Shown: positions 43,432 through 52,511 of the stretch, piece by piece
Numbering within the stretch: the first letter of the stretch is position 1
How the letters are laid out: every line of letters begins with the position of its first letter
From: a virus
Lineage: Duplodnaviria; Caudoviricetes
Virus record (IMG/VR): IMGVR_UViG_3300032216_002106
Location: 12,059-76,058 of that record
Direction: 5' to 3' (one strand)
DNA: 64,000 bases
Program-made: the position numbers and the translations under genes
The notes under the pieces: model-generated
Told to the model about the DNA's origin: nothing
Seen by the model: only the letters and a program-made list of their open reading frames with translations
Databases searched by the model: none

Positions 43432-44595
43432 GTGTTTATTGATAACGATTTTCCGAAGATTCTTGGTGCCGAACTGTATCGGCCCCACCCCGCATACATT
43501 TGCGAAATGGCTGTTGAGCCTGTGGTGGTCCATGACTTCACCCGCCAACCTGGCCAAACCGTTCAACTAGATCGCTACAAGTTCTGGGGTACTCCTGGTA
43601 CTAAGGACAGCCGCGAACGGATCTCCGATCAAACCATCGGTACCGCCAACAGCCGTAACATCACCAAGGAAAAAGTCCTTGTGGTGCTTAAGGAATACAC
43701 TGGTCCCGCTGACCCGTCTGATCCTACCCAACCTTCAACCTTTAAGATCGCACGGGAAACCCTGATTACCGCCCAACGTCTCCTTCTGGATACAGGTAAT
43801 CTGAATATGTTCCACCAGTCCATTGGTTCATTGACCCTCTTGGACGACTACCGCCGGTGGCGCGACCGTGTGTTTATTGACGAACTTGCCAAGGCAGAAG
43901 CCAATGGTGAAGCTTCAACCACCCAAGGCGGTTACTACTTTCCTGGTGGTAAGAACAAGAACGCTTCTGGTCAAGTTGCTTACACCACTGCCGAGTATGC
44001 AGCACAAGTTCAGCAATTTCACGTTTCAACTGACTTGTTGAACGTTGTCAAGGATCTGCGTAAGCGTAACGTTCCTACCTTCTCTGATGGTCTGTATCGT
44101 TGCATTTGCGATCCTACGTTCATGATGCATCTGCGTCGTGACGCTGACTTCCGTGAAATTGCTCGTTACTCTGGTAACCCTGGTCAAGGCATGTACATGG
44201 GTAACCCCATGATGCCTAACAACACCAGCTTCTACCAAGGTCCTCAAGCTGGTCAAGGTTACTTCCTCGCTGGCGAACCTGTAATGCCTACTGGCGTTCA
44301 GTTTGAAGGTGTGAAGTTCTACGAATCAACCAACTTCCCCACCAAGAACGTTTCCGCTAGCTTCACTGACAGCGTTTCTTACAGCAGCCAAGAAGTTGCT
44401 CAAGGTTTCTTCTTCGGTCCCCAAGCCATTGGCGTGGGTGTTGGTGGTCCTAACGCTCAAGTGCTCATCAATAACAATGATGACTTTAGCCGCTTCATCA
44501 TCTTGATCTGGCAACTGTACGCTGGTTTTGAAATCCTGAACAAGGACTTCGTTACCAATGCATACAGCTTTGTCAGCGATGACGGCATTCTTTGA
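43432..44595 (+). CDS. Major capsid protein
   Basis: 387 aa; GGAGG SD; strong codon bias; GQTVQLDRY E-loop; FFGPQAIGVG; DFSRFIILIW HK97-like C-terminus. Confidence 0.85.
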   Translation: MFIDNDFPKILGAELYRPHPAYICEMAVEPVVVHDFTRQPGQTVQLDRYKFWGTPGTKDSRERISDQTIGTANSRNITKEKVLVVLKEYTGPADPSDPTQPSTFKIARETLITAQRLLLDTGNLNMFHQSIGSLTLLDDYRRWRDRVFIDELAKAEANGEASTTQGGYYFPGGKNKNASGQVAYTTAEYAAQVQQFHVSTDLLNVVKDLRKRNVPTFSDGLYRCICDPTFMMHLRRDADFREIARYSGNPGQGMYMGNPMMPNNTSFYQGPQAGQGYFLAGEPVMPTGVQFEGVKFYESTNFPTKNVSASFTDSVSYSSQEVAQGFFFGPQAIGVGVGGPNAQVLINNNDDFSRFIILIWQLYAGFEILNKDFVTNAYSFVSDDGIL

Positions 44596-44626
44596 TATCA
44601 ATAAGTAAACCAACACGGAGAGATAA

Positions 44627-45424
44627 ATGACCTACCTGTCTACTAAAAAGATCTACCCCGGCAACTGGGTAGAAGCCCTCAACGGCTGGTACAAAAACAT
44701 TGATACCACCGGTGGCACCACGGTTAACGCTTCCAAGGATGGCCCCACTGCTGTTCTTGCTATTCCCGGCTGGCGCTACTACCAACAACGTGGCTATGTG
44801 CCCGTGACCTGGGCCTCTGGCAACGCCACAACTTATGGTCAAACCATGAGTGTGATCATTCCTTCCCCTTATCGTCAAGACGACACCCGTCCTGACATCA
44901 CTGGGATGGTGATCAGCGGTGACACCGTACAATCCGCTTACATTTATCGCACTGCTATTTCCGTTGCCTCAGGCTGGGGTGATGGTCGTTCGGCTTCTGG
45001 CGTTTATGCTACCACTGGTACCGTAATTGCTTTTGGCCGCGATAACGCTGGTAGCCCCGTAGCTGCTTCCGGCGAACCTGTTGCTGCTGCTTACCTGGCT
45101 TCCACAGTTTCAGGTGATGCTTCCACCAAGATCTTCTTCTCAGGTGCTAGCCAAGCCTTTAGCTCCACTCCCCTTCTTATCACCTCTGGTACACCTACTG
45201 TTACCGGTGCGTATAAGACACTCACCACTGGTACCACCTTCAAGGTGTATGCCAAGGGTAGTGCAGACGGTACTTCCGCCACTGGTGGTGTGTATCTTTC
45301 TGATGCTGATGTGGCCGCAGGCCTCACCGGTTACATTATCGTTGAAGCTTGCTACATCGTTCCTGATACCGCTCCCGATTACTCAGATATCGAAGCGTAT
45401 CTGCCTAACCGCACCGTAAGCTGA
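44627..45424 (+). CDS. Capsid-associated structural/decoration protein
   Basis: Follows MCP, GGAG SD, same high-expression codon bias, Thr/Ser/Gly-rich. Confidence 0.65.
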   Translation: MTYLSTKKIYPGNWVEALNGWYKNIDTTGGTTVNASKDGPTAVLAIPGWRYYQQRGYVPVTWASGNATTYGQTMSVIIPSPYRQDDTRPDITGMVISGDTVQSAYIYRTAISVASGWGDGRSASGVYATTGTVIAFGRDNAGSPVAASGEPVAAAYLASTVSGDASTKIFFSGASQAFSSTPLLITSGTPTVTGAYKTLTTGTTFKVYAKGSADGTSATGGVYLSDADVAAGLTGYIIVEACYIVPDTAPDYSDIEAYLPNRTVS

Positions 45425-45452
45425 TTAGGTTAAACTAATACCAGAACTTCTG

Positions 45453-45869
45453 GTGTCTATGCTTTACCAACACACAAAAACCGGTGCACGGGTCAAAGTC
45501 ATTAGTGAATGGGATAACGGCGACTGGTTCCTGGTCGAAGATCAAGACAGTCGCCTTTTTACCGTTTACAAAAATGAAATTAAACCCGATGAGTCTGCCA
45601 CTAAAACGGTTAAGACTCTGCAAGTAAAAGACAAGGCATCAGCCGAGGAGCCCCGTAGCTTTCCACCCGAAACTCGTCTTAATATAAACTCAGCAACCCC
45701 ACAAATGATTGCTGATCATATTAAGGGAATCGGACTTAAAACTGCAAGGGAAATTAAAGATATTCAAATGAGTCTTTCCGGTGAAAGATTTAGTAACTTA
45801 GAACAGTTGAAACAAGTTCGTAGGGTAGACTGGGACTCTGTCTTTGCTGCCAACCTGGTACGAGTGTGA
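45453..45869 (+). CDS. ComEA-like helix-hairpin-helix DNA-binding protein
   Basis: RLNINSATPQMIADHIKGIGLKTAREI...FSNLEQL. Confidence 0.75.
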   Translation: MSMLYQHTKTGARVKVISEWDNGDWFLVEDQDSRLFTVYKNEIKPDESATKTVKTLQVKDKASAEEPRSFPPETRLNINSATPQMIADHIKGIGLKTAREIKDIQMSLSGERFSNLEQLKQVRRVDWDSVFAANLVRV

Positions 45870-45872
45870 TAT

Positions 45873-45897
45873 AAACCCTGCTTCGGCAGGGTTTTTT
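45873..45897 (+). terminator. Rho-independent terminator ending the capsid operon
   Basis: CCCTGC-TTCG-GCAGGG plus T6 tail. Confidence 0.9.
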
Positions 45898-45924
45898 ATT
45901 TTAGAATAGTAATAAAATACTCAT

Positions 45925-46632
45925 ATGGCAGGCGTAGGCGGTTTATTTAATATCGGAACAATAGGGGCCACTGGTACTGCCACTGGTCCACATATTCATC
46001 AATACGTAAAAGATTTAACAACAGGACAATATATAAATCCTGAAACAATTAAGAGTGCACTTACTGGTGTGCAGATTGGCGAAGGAAGAGTCCCTTTGGT
46101 CAGGCGTCTTGCTGGCGGAAGTTTAGCTTGGAACCCAGAAGCAGGGCTTACCATTACGTCAAGTTTTGCACCAAGAAATGCGCCAATGGCAGGCGCAAGC
46201 ACTGATCATAAAGGCATTGATTTTGCAGGCCTAAAAGGCACACCTGTTTATATGCAGGGTTATGGCACTGCTGTACCAACAGCTAATGCCGGTGGCTTTG
46301 GTAATTTAATGGCTTTTAAAACTGCAGATAATAAATATGAGGTAGGTTTTGGACATCTAGATACGTTAGGGAAAGCAGGCCAAGTTTTACCCGCTGGCAC
46401 TACAACACCACAGACCGTGCTTACCGCACAACAACGTCAGCAAGATCAATTGGCAGGCGCTGGAGCAGCGCTAAGTTTAATGGGTCGTTTATTTGGTCAA
46501 GCAAAACAAAGCAGGGATAGTTCACAAAATATATATAGTAGCCTGCTCAGTTCAGCAATAGCGCCACAACGGGATGTAGCAAGTGATTTCTTGATGAGTT
46601 ATGTGATGCAACAAAATCCTTATCAAGCTTAG
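45925..46632 (+). CDS. M23-family peptidase, circularly permuted
   Basis: TGPHIH at 45991-45999 precedes HKGID at 46207-46221; GFGN and GHL present. Confidence 0.8.
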   Translation: MAGVGGLFNIGTIGATGTATGPHIHQYVKDLTTGQYINPETIKSALTGVQIGEGRVPLVRRLAGGSLAWNPEAGLTITSSFAPRNAPMAGASTDHKGIDFAGLKGTPVYMQGYGTAVPTANAGGFGNLMAFKTADNKYEVGFGHLDTLGKAGQVLPAGTTTPQTVLTAQQRQQDQLAGAGAALSLMGRLFGQAKQSRDSSQNIYSSLLSSAIAPQRDVASDFLMSYVMQQNPYQA

Positions 46633-46678
46633 ATATAAATTTGTTGCACCTATAATGTAAGAACGGTGGTAATCATCA

Positions 46679-47140
46679 GTGCAGTTATCTGATTTTGACA
46701 AAAGCAGGGTAAGGTATCATCTGGGATATTTTACAGTTTCTGTTCCAGCGGGGGACTATGCTCGCCTGGAGGAATCTTTAAATACTGTTCCTGATTCTTT
46801 CTTCTACGATAAAATCATTATTCAGATTGGTCGTTGTGATACAGCCGAGAAAAAAACAGAAGTAGCAACATCTCCTTCTACAAGAATTGAAAGTATTCTT
46901 GGTGACGTTGATCGTACAATTCGATCAAGTAATGCTAAAGAAGCTCTTAAGGTATGGGACGAAGTATACTTATACGAAACCAATCGTTTGGCCATGATTC
47001 TTTATGTGCCAAACTATAAAGATCCCTTTCAGGCTCGTTATCGATATGAGCGCTCAGGTGCTGAGTTTATTCAAGCACTCCCTGGTCCCGCCGATACTGC
47101 AGTGGGTTCACGTATTTGGTTACACCTAAATCATCGTTGA
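46679..47140 (+). CDS. Possible head-tail connector protein
   Basis: 153-aa helical protein in the post-capsid position; function inferred from synteny only. Confidence 0.45.
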   Translation: MQLSDFDKSRVRYHLGYFTVSVPAGDYARLEESLNTVPDSFFYDKIIIQIGRCDTAEKKTEVATSPSTRIESILGDVDRTIRSSNAKEALKVWDEVYLYETNRLAMILYVPNYKDPFQARYRYERSGAEFIQALPGPADTAVGSRIWLHLNHR

Positions 47141-47153
47141 GGAAACGTTTGTC

Positions 47154-48137
47154 ATGCCTACCCCTGCTCCTGGAACTAGTTTTAATATTGGAAGCCTGCT
47201 TAAAAATCTTAATCCTTTAACTCAATATGCTGTACGAAACCCTCCCTGGAACAGAGGTGGCCCTACACTAAAACCTTCTAGTGCTCCTGGCCTTTCTGGA
47301 ATGGCTATTCTCGATGAAGTACCTGGAGTACTTGAAAGAGGCGGAGATGCTGCCCGTAAATTCTATGAGCTTGGTAAAGGAGTTATTGAAAGGCGCCCCT
47401 GGAACGAGGTGCGCAACAACTTCATGCAACCAACAGAATTTAAAAATACTGGAATAATGCAAAATTTAGCAGATAGAGCTGCCAATGAAATTATTTATTC
47501 AGGCAAAGAAGCGTTAAGTGGGCATATTCCTTACACAAGCCGTGGTGTTTCTAGTCTTCCCCCAGGCTATACCCACGATGAATTGGTTCTTGCAGCCAAA
47601 GCCAGGGCTTCTCAGATCGGCACTAATCGAGAAGGTAGTGCAGGCGGCGGCAGCATAGGTGGCGGTAACATGGGTGGATATGTACCTTTTGGTGGTAGCG
47701 CCGGTCAGACACTTATGGCTCCCGGTTCTCCAGCAGCAGATCGTGCGTACGCCTCTGAGCTTTCTAGTGTTGCTCAACAAGCAGCTCAAAATCCCATGCT
47801 GCAGCAGTACCAAGATTTACGTACTTCTGATCCAGCTGCTGCCCAAGATCTTGGTATGCGTATATGGGCAGAAAAGCACCGTGGTCTAGCAGAAAAAGTT
47901 AAGCCTGGTCAATCTGGTTATGATGTTATCCAGCAAGTACTTGCAGGACAAACACCTGGGTCACAAGCTAAAGTTCCTGGAGTTGTTTCTCAACCCTGGG
48001 CAGAAGGAGTGGTTTCAGTGGGTGATGCAACTCGTGCAGGACTTCCTTTGACATCTGACCAATCTATTTATTCAGCAATACCTGAAATATCTGAAGAAGA
48101 AATGCGAAAAATAATGTTTAACTATCGACCGGAGTAG
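47154..48137 (+). CDS. Hypothetical virion-region protein
   Basis: 327-aa ORF. Confidence 0.65.
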   Translation: MPTPAPGTSFNIGSLLKNLNPLTQYAVRNPPWNRGGPTLKPSSAPGLSGMAILDEVPGVLERGGDAARKFYELGKGVIERRPWNEVRNNFMQPTEFKNTGIMQNLADRAANEIIYSGKEALSGHIPYTSRGVSSLPPGYTHDELVLAAKARASQIGTNREGSAGGGSIGGGNMGGYVPFGGSAGQTLMAPGSPAADRAYASELSSVAQQAAQNPMLQQYQDLRTSDPAAAQDLGMRIWAEKHRGLAEKVKPGQSGYDVIQQVLAGQTPGSQAKVPGVVSQPWAEGVVSVGDATRAGLPLTSDQSIYSAIPEISEEEMRKIMFNYRPE

Positions 48138-48145
48138 TCAACAAT

Positions 48146-48886
48146 ATGGCACCTAACATTGGAACAATGTATGGAGTTCCTGAAAATACATTCAGGAGAA
48201 TGCTTCAGGTTGCAACCCTAGAAGCAAGAGATCCTACCCGTGGCGCAATGCCAGGGACTGTTGCGTCCATGATTAACCGCTACCATAATCCCGACTATGG
48301 CAGTAATGCAAGTTGGATAAATCCAGCTCAGTATGCCGCAATGAAAGCTCCTGGCTTTGGTCAAGTTGACCCAGGAAAAGCTTTAGGTTATTACAGTTCT
48401 GATAAAGGACGACAAGAGCTTGGCCGCGTAGCAAAAGAATTAGGTGGTAAAACTGATTTTCGTAGCACTTCATATTTAAAAGACATTGGGCAGCTAATGT
48501 CCCATCCTGATAATTTAATTCCCGCAATGGTCGGAGGTGTGCAACGATACCTAAACCCACAACAATTAAAAACTTTGGGCGCGTCTCCTAATCTTTCAGA
48601 GAATACATTTTTTAATGAGGGCAAGCGATCACCAACTAAAAAATGGTGGGAATCAAGTTTAGGTGCTCCTGCTGGTACTAGCACAAGCGCTGCTCCTGCT
48701 CAGGCCTCGACAGCATTGGATACATTAATAAGTGCTGGAAATTTATTTGGACAGAATGCAGTAGAAGAGATGAAAGGTCAATTAGGGCTTGAGTTGCTAG
48801 CAAAACAACTTCAACCGCAACCTTCTTCTGTTGCAAATGCTTTCTTAGCCTCTATGCTTCAGGATCCTTATTCAGCTCAAATCTAA
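48146..48886 (+). CDS. SleB-like (Hydrolase_2) cell-wall hydrolase
   Basis: ATLEAR...VASMINR...NPAQY matches the EARGE...ILNR...QFS pattern. Confidence 0.6.
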   Translation: MAPNIGTMYGVPENTFRRMLQVATLEARDPTRGAMPGTVASMINRYHNPDYGSNASWINPAQYAAMKAPGFGQVDPGKALGYYSSDKGRQELGRVAKELGGKTDFRSTSYLKDIGQLMSHPDNLIPAMVGGVQRYLNPQQLKTLGASPNLSENTFFNEGKRSPTKKWWESSLGAPAGTSTSAAPAQASTALDTLISAGNLFGQNAVEEMKGQLGLELLAKQLQPQPSSVANAFLASMLQDPYSAQI

Positions 48887-48931
48887 GCTGAATAAGTTAG
48901 AATTTAAATACGAAGAATTACGGTAAGAAAC

Positions 48932-49717
48932 TTGTCATCCACTTCCTCGAATAAGCAACCGCTTTTTATTGACCGCCCACTGTTCGATTCTGTGCGAGTT
49001 ACAACACAAACTGTTGGTAGTACTAGTACCAATACCTTGTTTGTGCAAGGGGGTCAAGCTCCGTCCATTCTTGTTGATATGGATGCGGCCCTTAGTGACG
49101 ACATTAATAATGGCGGCGTAGTTGATTCAATTTCTATTGTCCGCAACGATAATTACAGGGCCGCTGATTATACCCTAAGCACAACAACTTCTGGTACTAC
49201 AATCTCACTTGTTAGTGGTCAGATTGTTAATGTAACAACTACAGGCAGTTTCACTGGTTCAGGTGCAGCAGCAAGTGGCATTGGGTACTACACTTACACC
49301 GGCGCCACTACTCTGGTTGGGACAAATACAACCTTTGTTTATTCAGGCGGTACAGCTTCTGGTTTTAATTATGCCAATCCAAGTTATGGGGTGCAACCTG
49401 CCGTAACTTTTGTATTTTACCAAACACGTAATACGACTGTACCAATTCCAGCCAGCGGCGACTACAGGTTATTGTTCTCTAAAACAGTTCCCGCAAATAG
49501 CGGCATAGTAGATTGTTCAGATGTGATGCCCCAGTTGGCCACTCCTACCGCCTCTGCGGGCAATACCAACGGTTTGGGACCTACGGCACCCTTGCGTAAT
49601 AAAGGCATCTACCTGGAGCGAGGAGACCGCATCTACGTAGGTGTATTCCCTGATGGTCCTCATACAGCTGGTTATACTCCCGGTGCACAGGTTTATGCAC
49701 AAGGTGGTTTCTTCTAA
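48932..49717 (+). CDS. Structural (tail-region) protein
   Basis: 261 aa, Thr/Ser/Gly-rich beta protein. Confidence 0.65.
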   Translation: MSSTSSNKQPLFIDRPLFDSVRVTTQTVGSTSTNTLFVQGGQAPSILVDMDAALSDDINNGGVVDSISIVRNDNYRAADYTLSTTTSGTTISLVSGQIVNVTTTGSFTGSGAAASGIGYYTYTGATTLVGTNTTFVYSGGTASGFNYANPSYGVQPAVTFVFYQTRNTTVPIPASGDYRLLFSKTVPANSGIVDCSDVMPQLATPTASAGNTNGLGPTAPLRNKGIYLERGDRIYVGVFPDGPHTAGYTPGAQVYAQGGFF

Positions 49718-49719
49718 GG

Positions 49720-51276
49720 ATGGCCTTTAAGGGAGCAGATGCCTTCGGGTCTTTTGAACGTAAGAAAGACTTTGTTATCAAAAATGTTACCCCTATTACC
49801 ACTGAATTTTCTAAAGGAAGTGTCCGTGGTTCTATTGCTGCTGTAAACAGAGAGTCTGCTTGGACAAGATGGCGCCGTGGCTATGAGCTATCCTCATCTA
49901 GCTCTTATGACAACGCATATCAATATAGATTTATATATGACATTCCGTTCCCTTCAGGAACTGTAACACCTTCTGGCACTAATCCCGTCTCTACTGTTTC
50001 AGGTGCATTCAAAGGATTTCCAACCACAGCAAAAGAATTTGGTATGCACTGGGCTGGTGTTCGTAACCAGGGCAACATGCGTACTGATGAGTTATTTGAT
50101 TCATTGGGCGAAAGGCTGTCAATTGTAAATGTTACAGAAGATAGGTATTACTGGTATGTACAACTAAAGGGGACTTGGAGCCCAAGCAATCCGCTACCCG
50201 CCCCTTTATACGCTACAGTCTCTGGAGTCACAACACCACTCAAGCCAATGAACGGTGAGATCCTGGAGGACAGGGTAATCACAGTTAGCGGAACTCCTAT
50301 AACAGCAGCAACAATTAATCCCAATACACAAAAAAGATATGGTTATGTTCAAGCAGTGTTAGTAGACGTAGATCAAAATACTGGAATCCTCAAGTTAAAA
50401 AAAGCTGGGTCTGTAGAAGTAACACATGATAAAGCTTTCTTAACACCAGCAACTAAGCCACCGGCCATTGGAAGATTTTTAATTACTGGCACTAGATACG
50501 CCTGTACCTGCCAAGATTTTACGCACAGAGATTACTTCTTTATGTCATCAATTAATGACACGACCAGAAAATATTTTCCTTACTCAAGTGTCACATCAAT
50601 CAAGCCTGGGCGCTATGAAGACATTACATTAAGTGGTCAGCTTGATAACAACACAACATCATATTCATTAAATGACAGAGTAATGACCGTTGTTGCACCT
50701 TCAGCTACATATCAACTATTAGACGACATTGCCATATCAGAAGTAAATCGTTTAGCAACAAGAGATAATCCAGGTGTATTCAGAGACTTTGGTGCAACCT
50801 ATGTACGTAGCATAACGGATCCCTCGCTCCCTGGTAACACAGCTGAAGGGATGCCTGTGTACACAGACTATTCACAAGAACAAAACGTAATTACAAATCT
50901 TGGAGATAACTGGTCACCAGTATTAGATGAGATGCGTTACTGCAAACATATCTATGCAATGAAGTTTGAAGAACATGTGTTTCCTCCCGAGCCTTCTGAT
51001 TTTCCAGTGGGCATGGATTCAATGGCAGAGTGGGAACAAAAGCTAGTACAAGAATCAGAAGACAATCAAAAACAATACCAAGCATTTAACATAACTAAAA
51101 AAGCCTTAAGTTACATGGATGTTCCGCCGTATAACTGTCAGTCTCCTGTGATGGCTCCAATGCTGCAAAAGTTATTTAATATTCCAAATCAAATTGTTAG
51201 CCTGTCAGGATTCAAAATGATTGATAAAACTGGACATATTTACATACCAGCTTCAGGAGAAAAACCTTCTGTGTAA
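49720..51276 (+). CDS. Structural-region protein with split SWIM-like motif
   Basis: YACTCQDF ... 143 aa ... RYCKHI. Confidence 0.65.
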   Translation: MAFKGADAFGSFERKKDFVIKNVTPITTEFSKGSVRGSIAAVNRESAWTRWRRGYELSSSSSYDNAYQYRFIYDIPFPSGTVTPSGTNPVSTVSGAFKGFPTTAKEFGMHWAGVRNQGNMRTDELFDSLGERLSIVNVTEDRYYWYVQLKGTWSPSNPLPAPLYATVSGVTTPLKPMNGEILEDRVITVSGTPITAATINPNTQKRYGYVQAVLVDVDQNTGILKLKKAGSVEVTHDKAFLTPATKPPAIGRFLITGTRYACTCQDFTHRDYFFMSSINDTTRKYFPYSSVTSIKPGRYEDITLSGQLDNNTTSYSLNDRVMTVVAPSATYQLLDDIAISEVNRLATRDNPGVFRDFGATYVRSITDPSLPGNTAEGMPVYTDYSQEQNVITNLGDNWSPVLDEMRYCKHIYAMKFEEHVFPPEPSDFPVGMDSMAEWEQKLVQESEDNQKQYQAFNITKKALSYMDVPPYNCQSPVMAPMLQKLFNIPNQIVSLSGFKMIDKTGHIYIPASGEKPSV

Positions 51277-51392
51277 GTTTTTTGTAGTATAATATAACGA
51301 AGACTAATTGGTCTTCAGGAATTAAAGGGCTAGCTGTATTGCACCAGGCTAGCCTGTTGGTTAAAGTCTAGGCAACGATATGAACGCTTTCC

Positions 51393-51818
51393 ATGACCTA
51401 TACTATTTCCCCTCCCCTCGATCAGAGGGTAGTTGACGATTTTTTCCGTTTATTAAAAAGCCGCAAGACCAGTAAGCTTGCCTGGTTTTATGGTATGCTT
51501 GCAACCTTTGGGGTGAAACCTGAACACTTAAGAGGTTTTACTTGGAATAATGACGGAACAATTAATATTTCTAGCAAGAAAAAACCAGTACGACCCATGC
51601 ATCCGCAATGGGTTTTTTTGTTTCAACTCAAAGAAAAGCAACCCCCAAATCTTGAGAGTTGCTGGAGAGATGCTTGGTTACTTATTTATGAAGCCATGGC
51701 ATGCAAAGAAGTTCAATGTAATGTAATTGAACTTTTACTTGCCTATAAAATGCGTAAAGCTTTCTATAAAGCTTCTAAGCCATCGGCTCAGCCATCTCCT
51801 TCTCTCGCTTACGCATAG
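51393..51818 (+). CDS. Truncated, catalytically degenerate tyrosine-recombinase-like protein
   Basis: WFYGMLATFGVKPEHL resembles cyanobacterial integrase box I (YGLRPHE) with R to K; no HxxR or catalytic Tyr region. Confidence 0.55.
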   Translation: MTYTISPPLDQRVVDDFFRLLKSRKTSKLAWFYGMLATFGVKPEHLRGFTWNNDGTINISSKKKPVRPMHPQWVFLFQLKEKQPPNLESCWRDAWLLIYEAMACKEVQCNVIELLLAYKMRKAFYKASKPSAQPSPSLAYA

Positions 51819-52002
51819 TCCGCTGCACAGCACCCTGGTTCCAAAGATAGCTTTCCCTGGAATAGGTCTTGCCCTTGAAGGCAGCGTAGTGTGGCCCTAG
51901 TTTGAAGGTGCCATCATCCCGCATGCGGAATAGAGTTTGACGGTCAATGCTGAGCGCATCAGCCATTTGATTGGCTGTCACCCATTGAGATGTTGCGGCC
52001 AT
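51775..52002 (-). CDS. Excisionase-like winged HTH protein
   Basis: WVTANQMADALSIDRQTLFRMRDDGTFKLGPHY. Confidence 0.65.
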   Translation of the reverse strand: MAATSQWVTANQMADALSIDRQTLFRMRDDGTFKLGPHYAAFKGKTYSRESYLWNQGAVQRTMRKREKEMAEPMA

Positions 52003-52139
52003 GCAAGAAAAAAGCCGTGTGCATCTCCACATTACACAAAGCTAAAGGCTTTGCAAGCTATTTAAGAAAGAATTCGGAAGTTTACGTTTCTTTACAGAAG
52101 CTAGGCCATCTTAAAATTAGGTAATGGCAATTATAGAGT

Positions 52140-52511
52140 ATGTTCGCAACAGAGCATGACCCTCTCGCCTTATTAATTGAAATCACACCAAAGTCTGCTA
52201 AGCGCCGTTTTCGAGAAGAGATTTACAAAGCCTGGGACCACAGCTGTGGTTATTGTGGGGCACCAGCGACGAGTCTTGATCATATTGTCCCTAGGTTTAG
52301 ATCTGGTTCAAGCAATTCAAACAACTTGCTTCCTTCTTGCCAGCGTTGCAACAGCAATAAAGGAAGCATTAAGATGGAAACATGGTACGTGACACAAACT
52401 TTTTATTGTGAATTACGCATGGCAAAAATTCAACAATGGATAAACAGAGAAGTACTTGATATATTCCAGTACACTGATAATCATGCAATGACGTTAAAAG
52501 AGGCTATCTAA
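52140..52511 (+). CDS. HNH endonuclease
   Basis: CGYCG...LDHIVP...NLLPSCQRCNSNKG. Confidence 0.9.
   Translation: MFATEHDPLALLIEITPKSAKRRFREEIYKAWDHSCGYCGAPATSLDHIVPRFRSGSSNSNNLLPSCQRCNSNKGSIKMETWYVTQTFYCELRMAKIQQWINREVLDIFQYTDNHAMTLKEAI

Noticed and set aside
42320-44932. Long antisense ORFs opposite scaffold and capsid genes
   Set aside because: Expected shadow ORFs from strong codon bias; no motifs or start signals
45453-45869. PsbU photosystem auxiliary gene
   Set aside because: GIG hairpin and LNINSA pattern fit ComEA-type HhH better; no signal peptide
51393-51818. Functional integrase implying a temperate lifestyle
   Set aside because: Too short; catalytic Arg replaced, HxxR and Tyr absent
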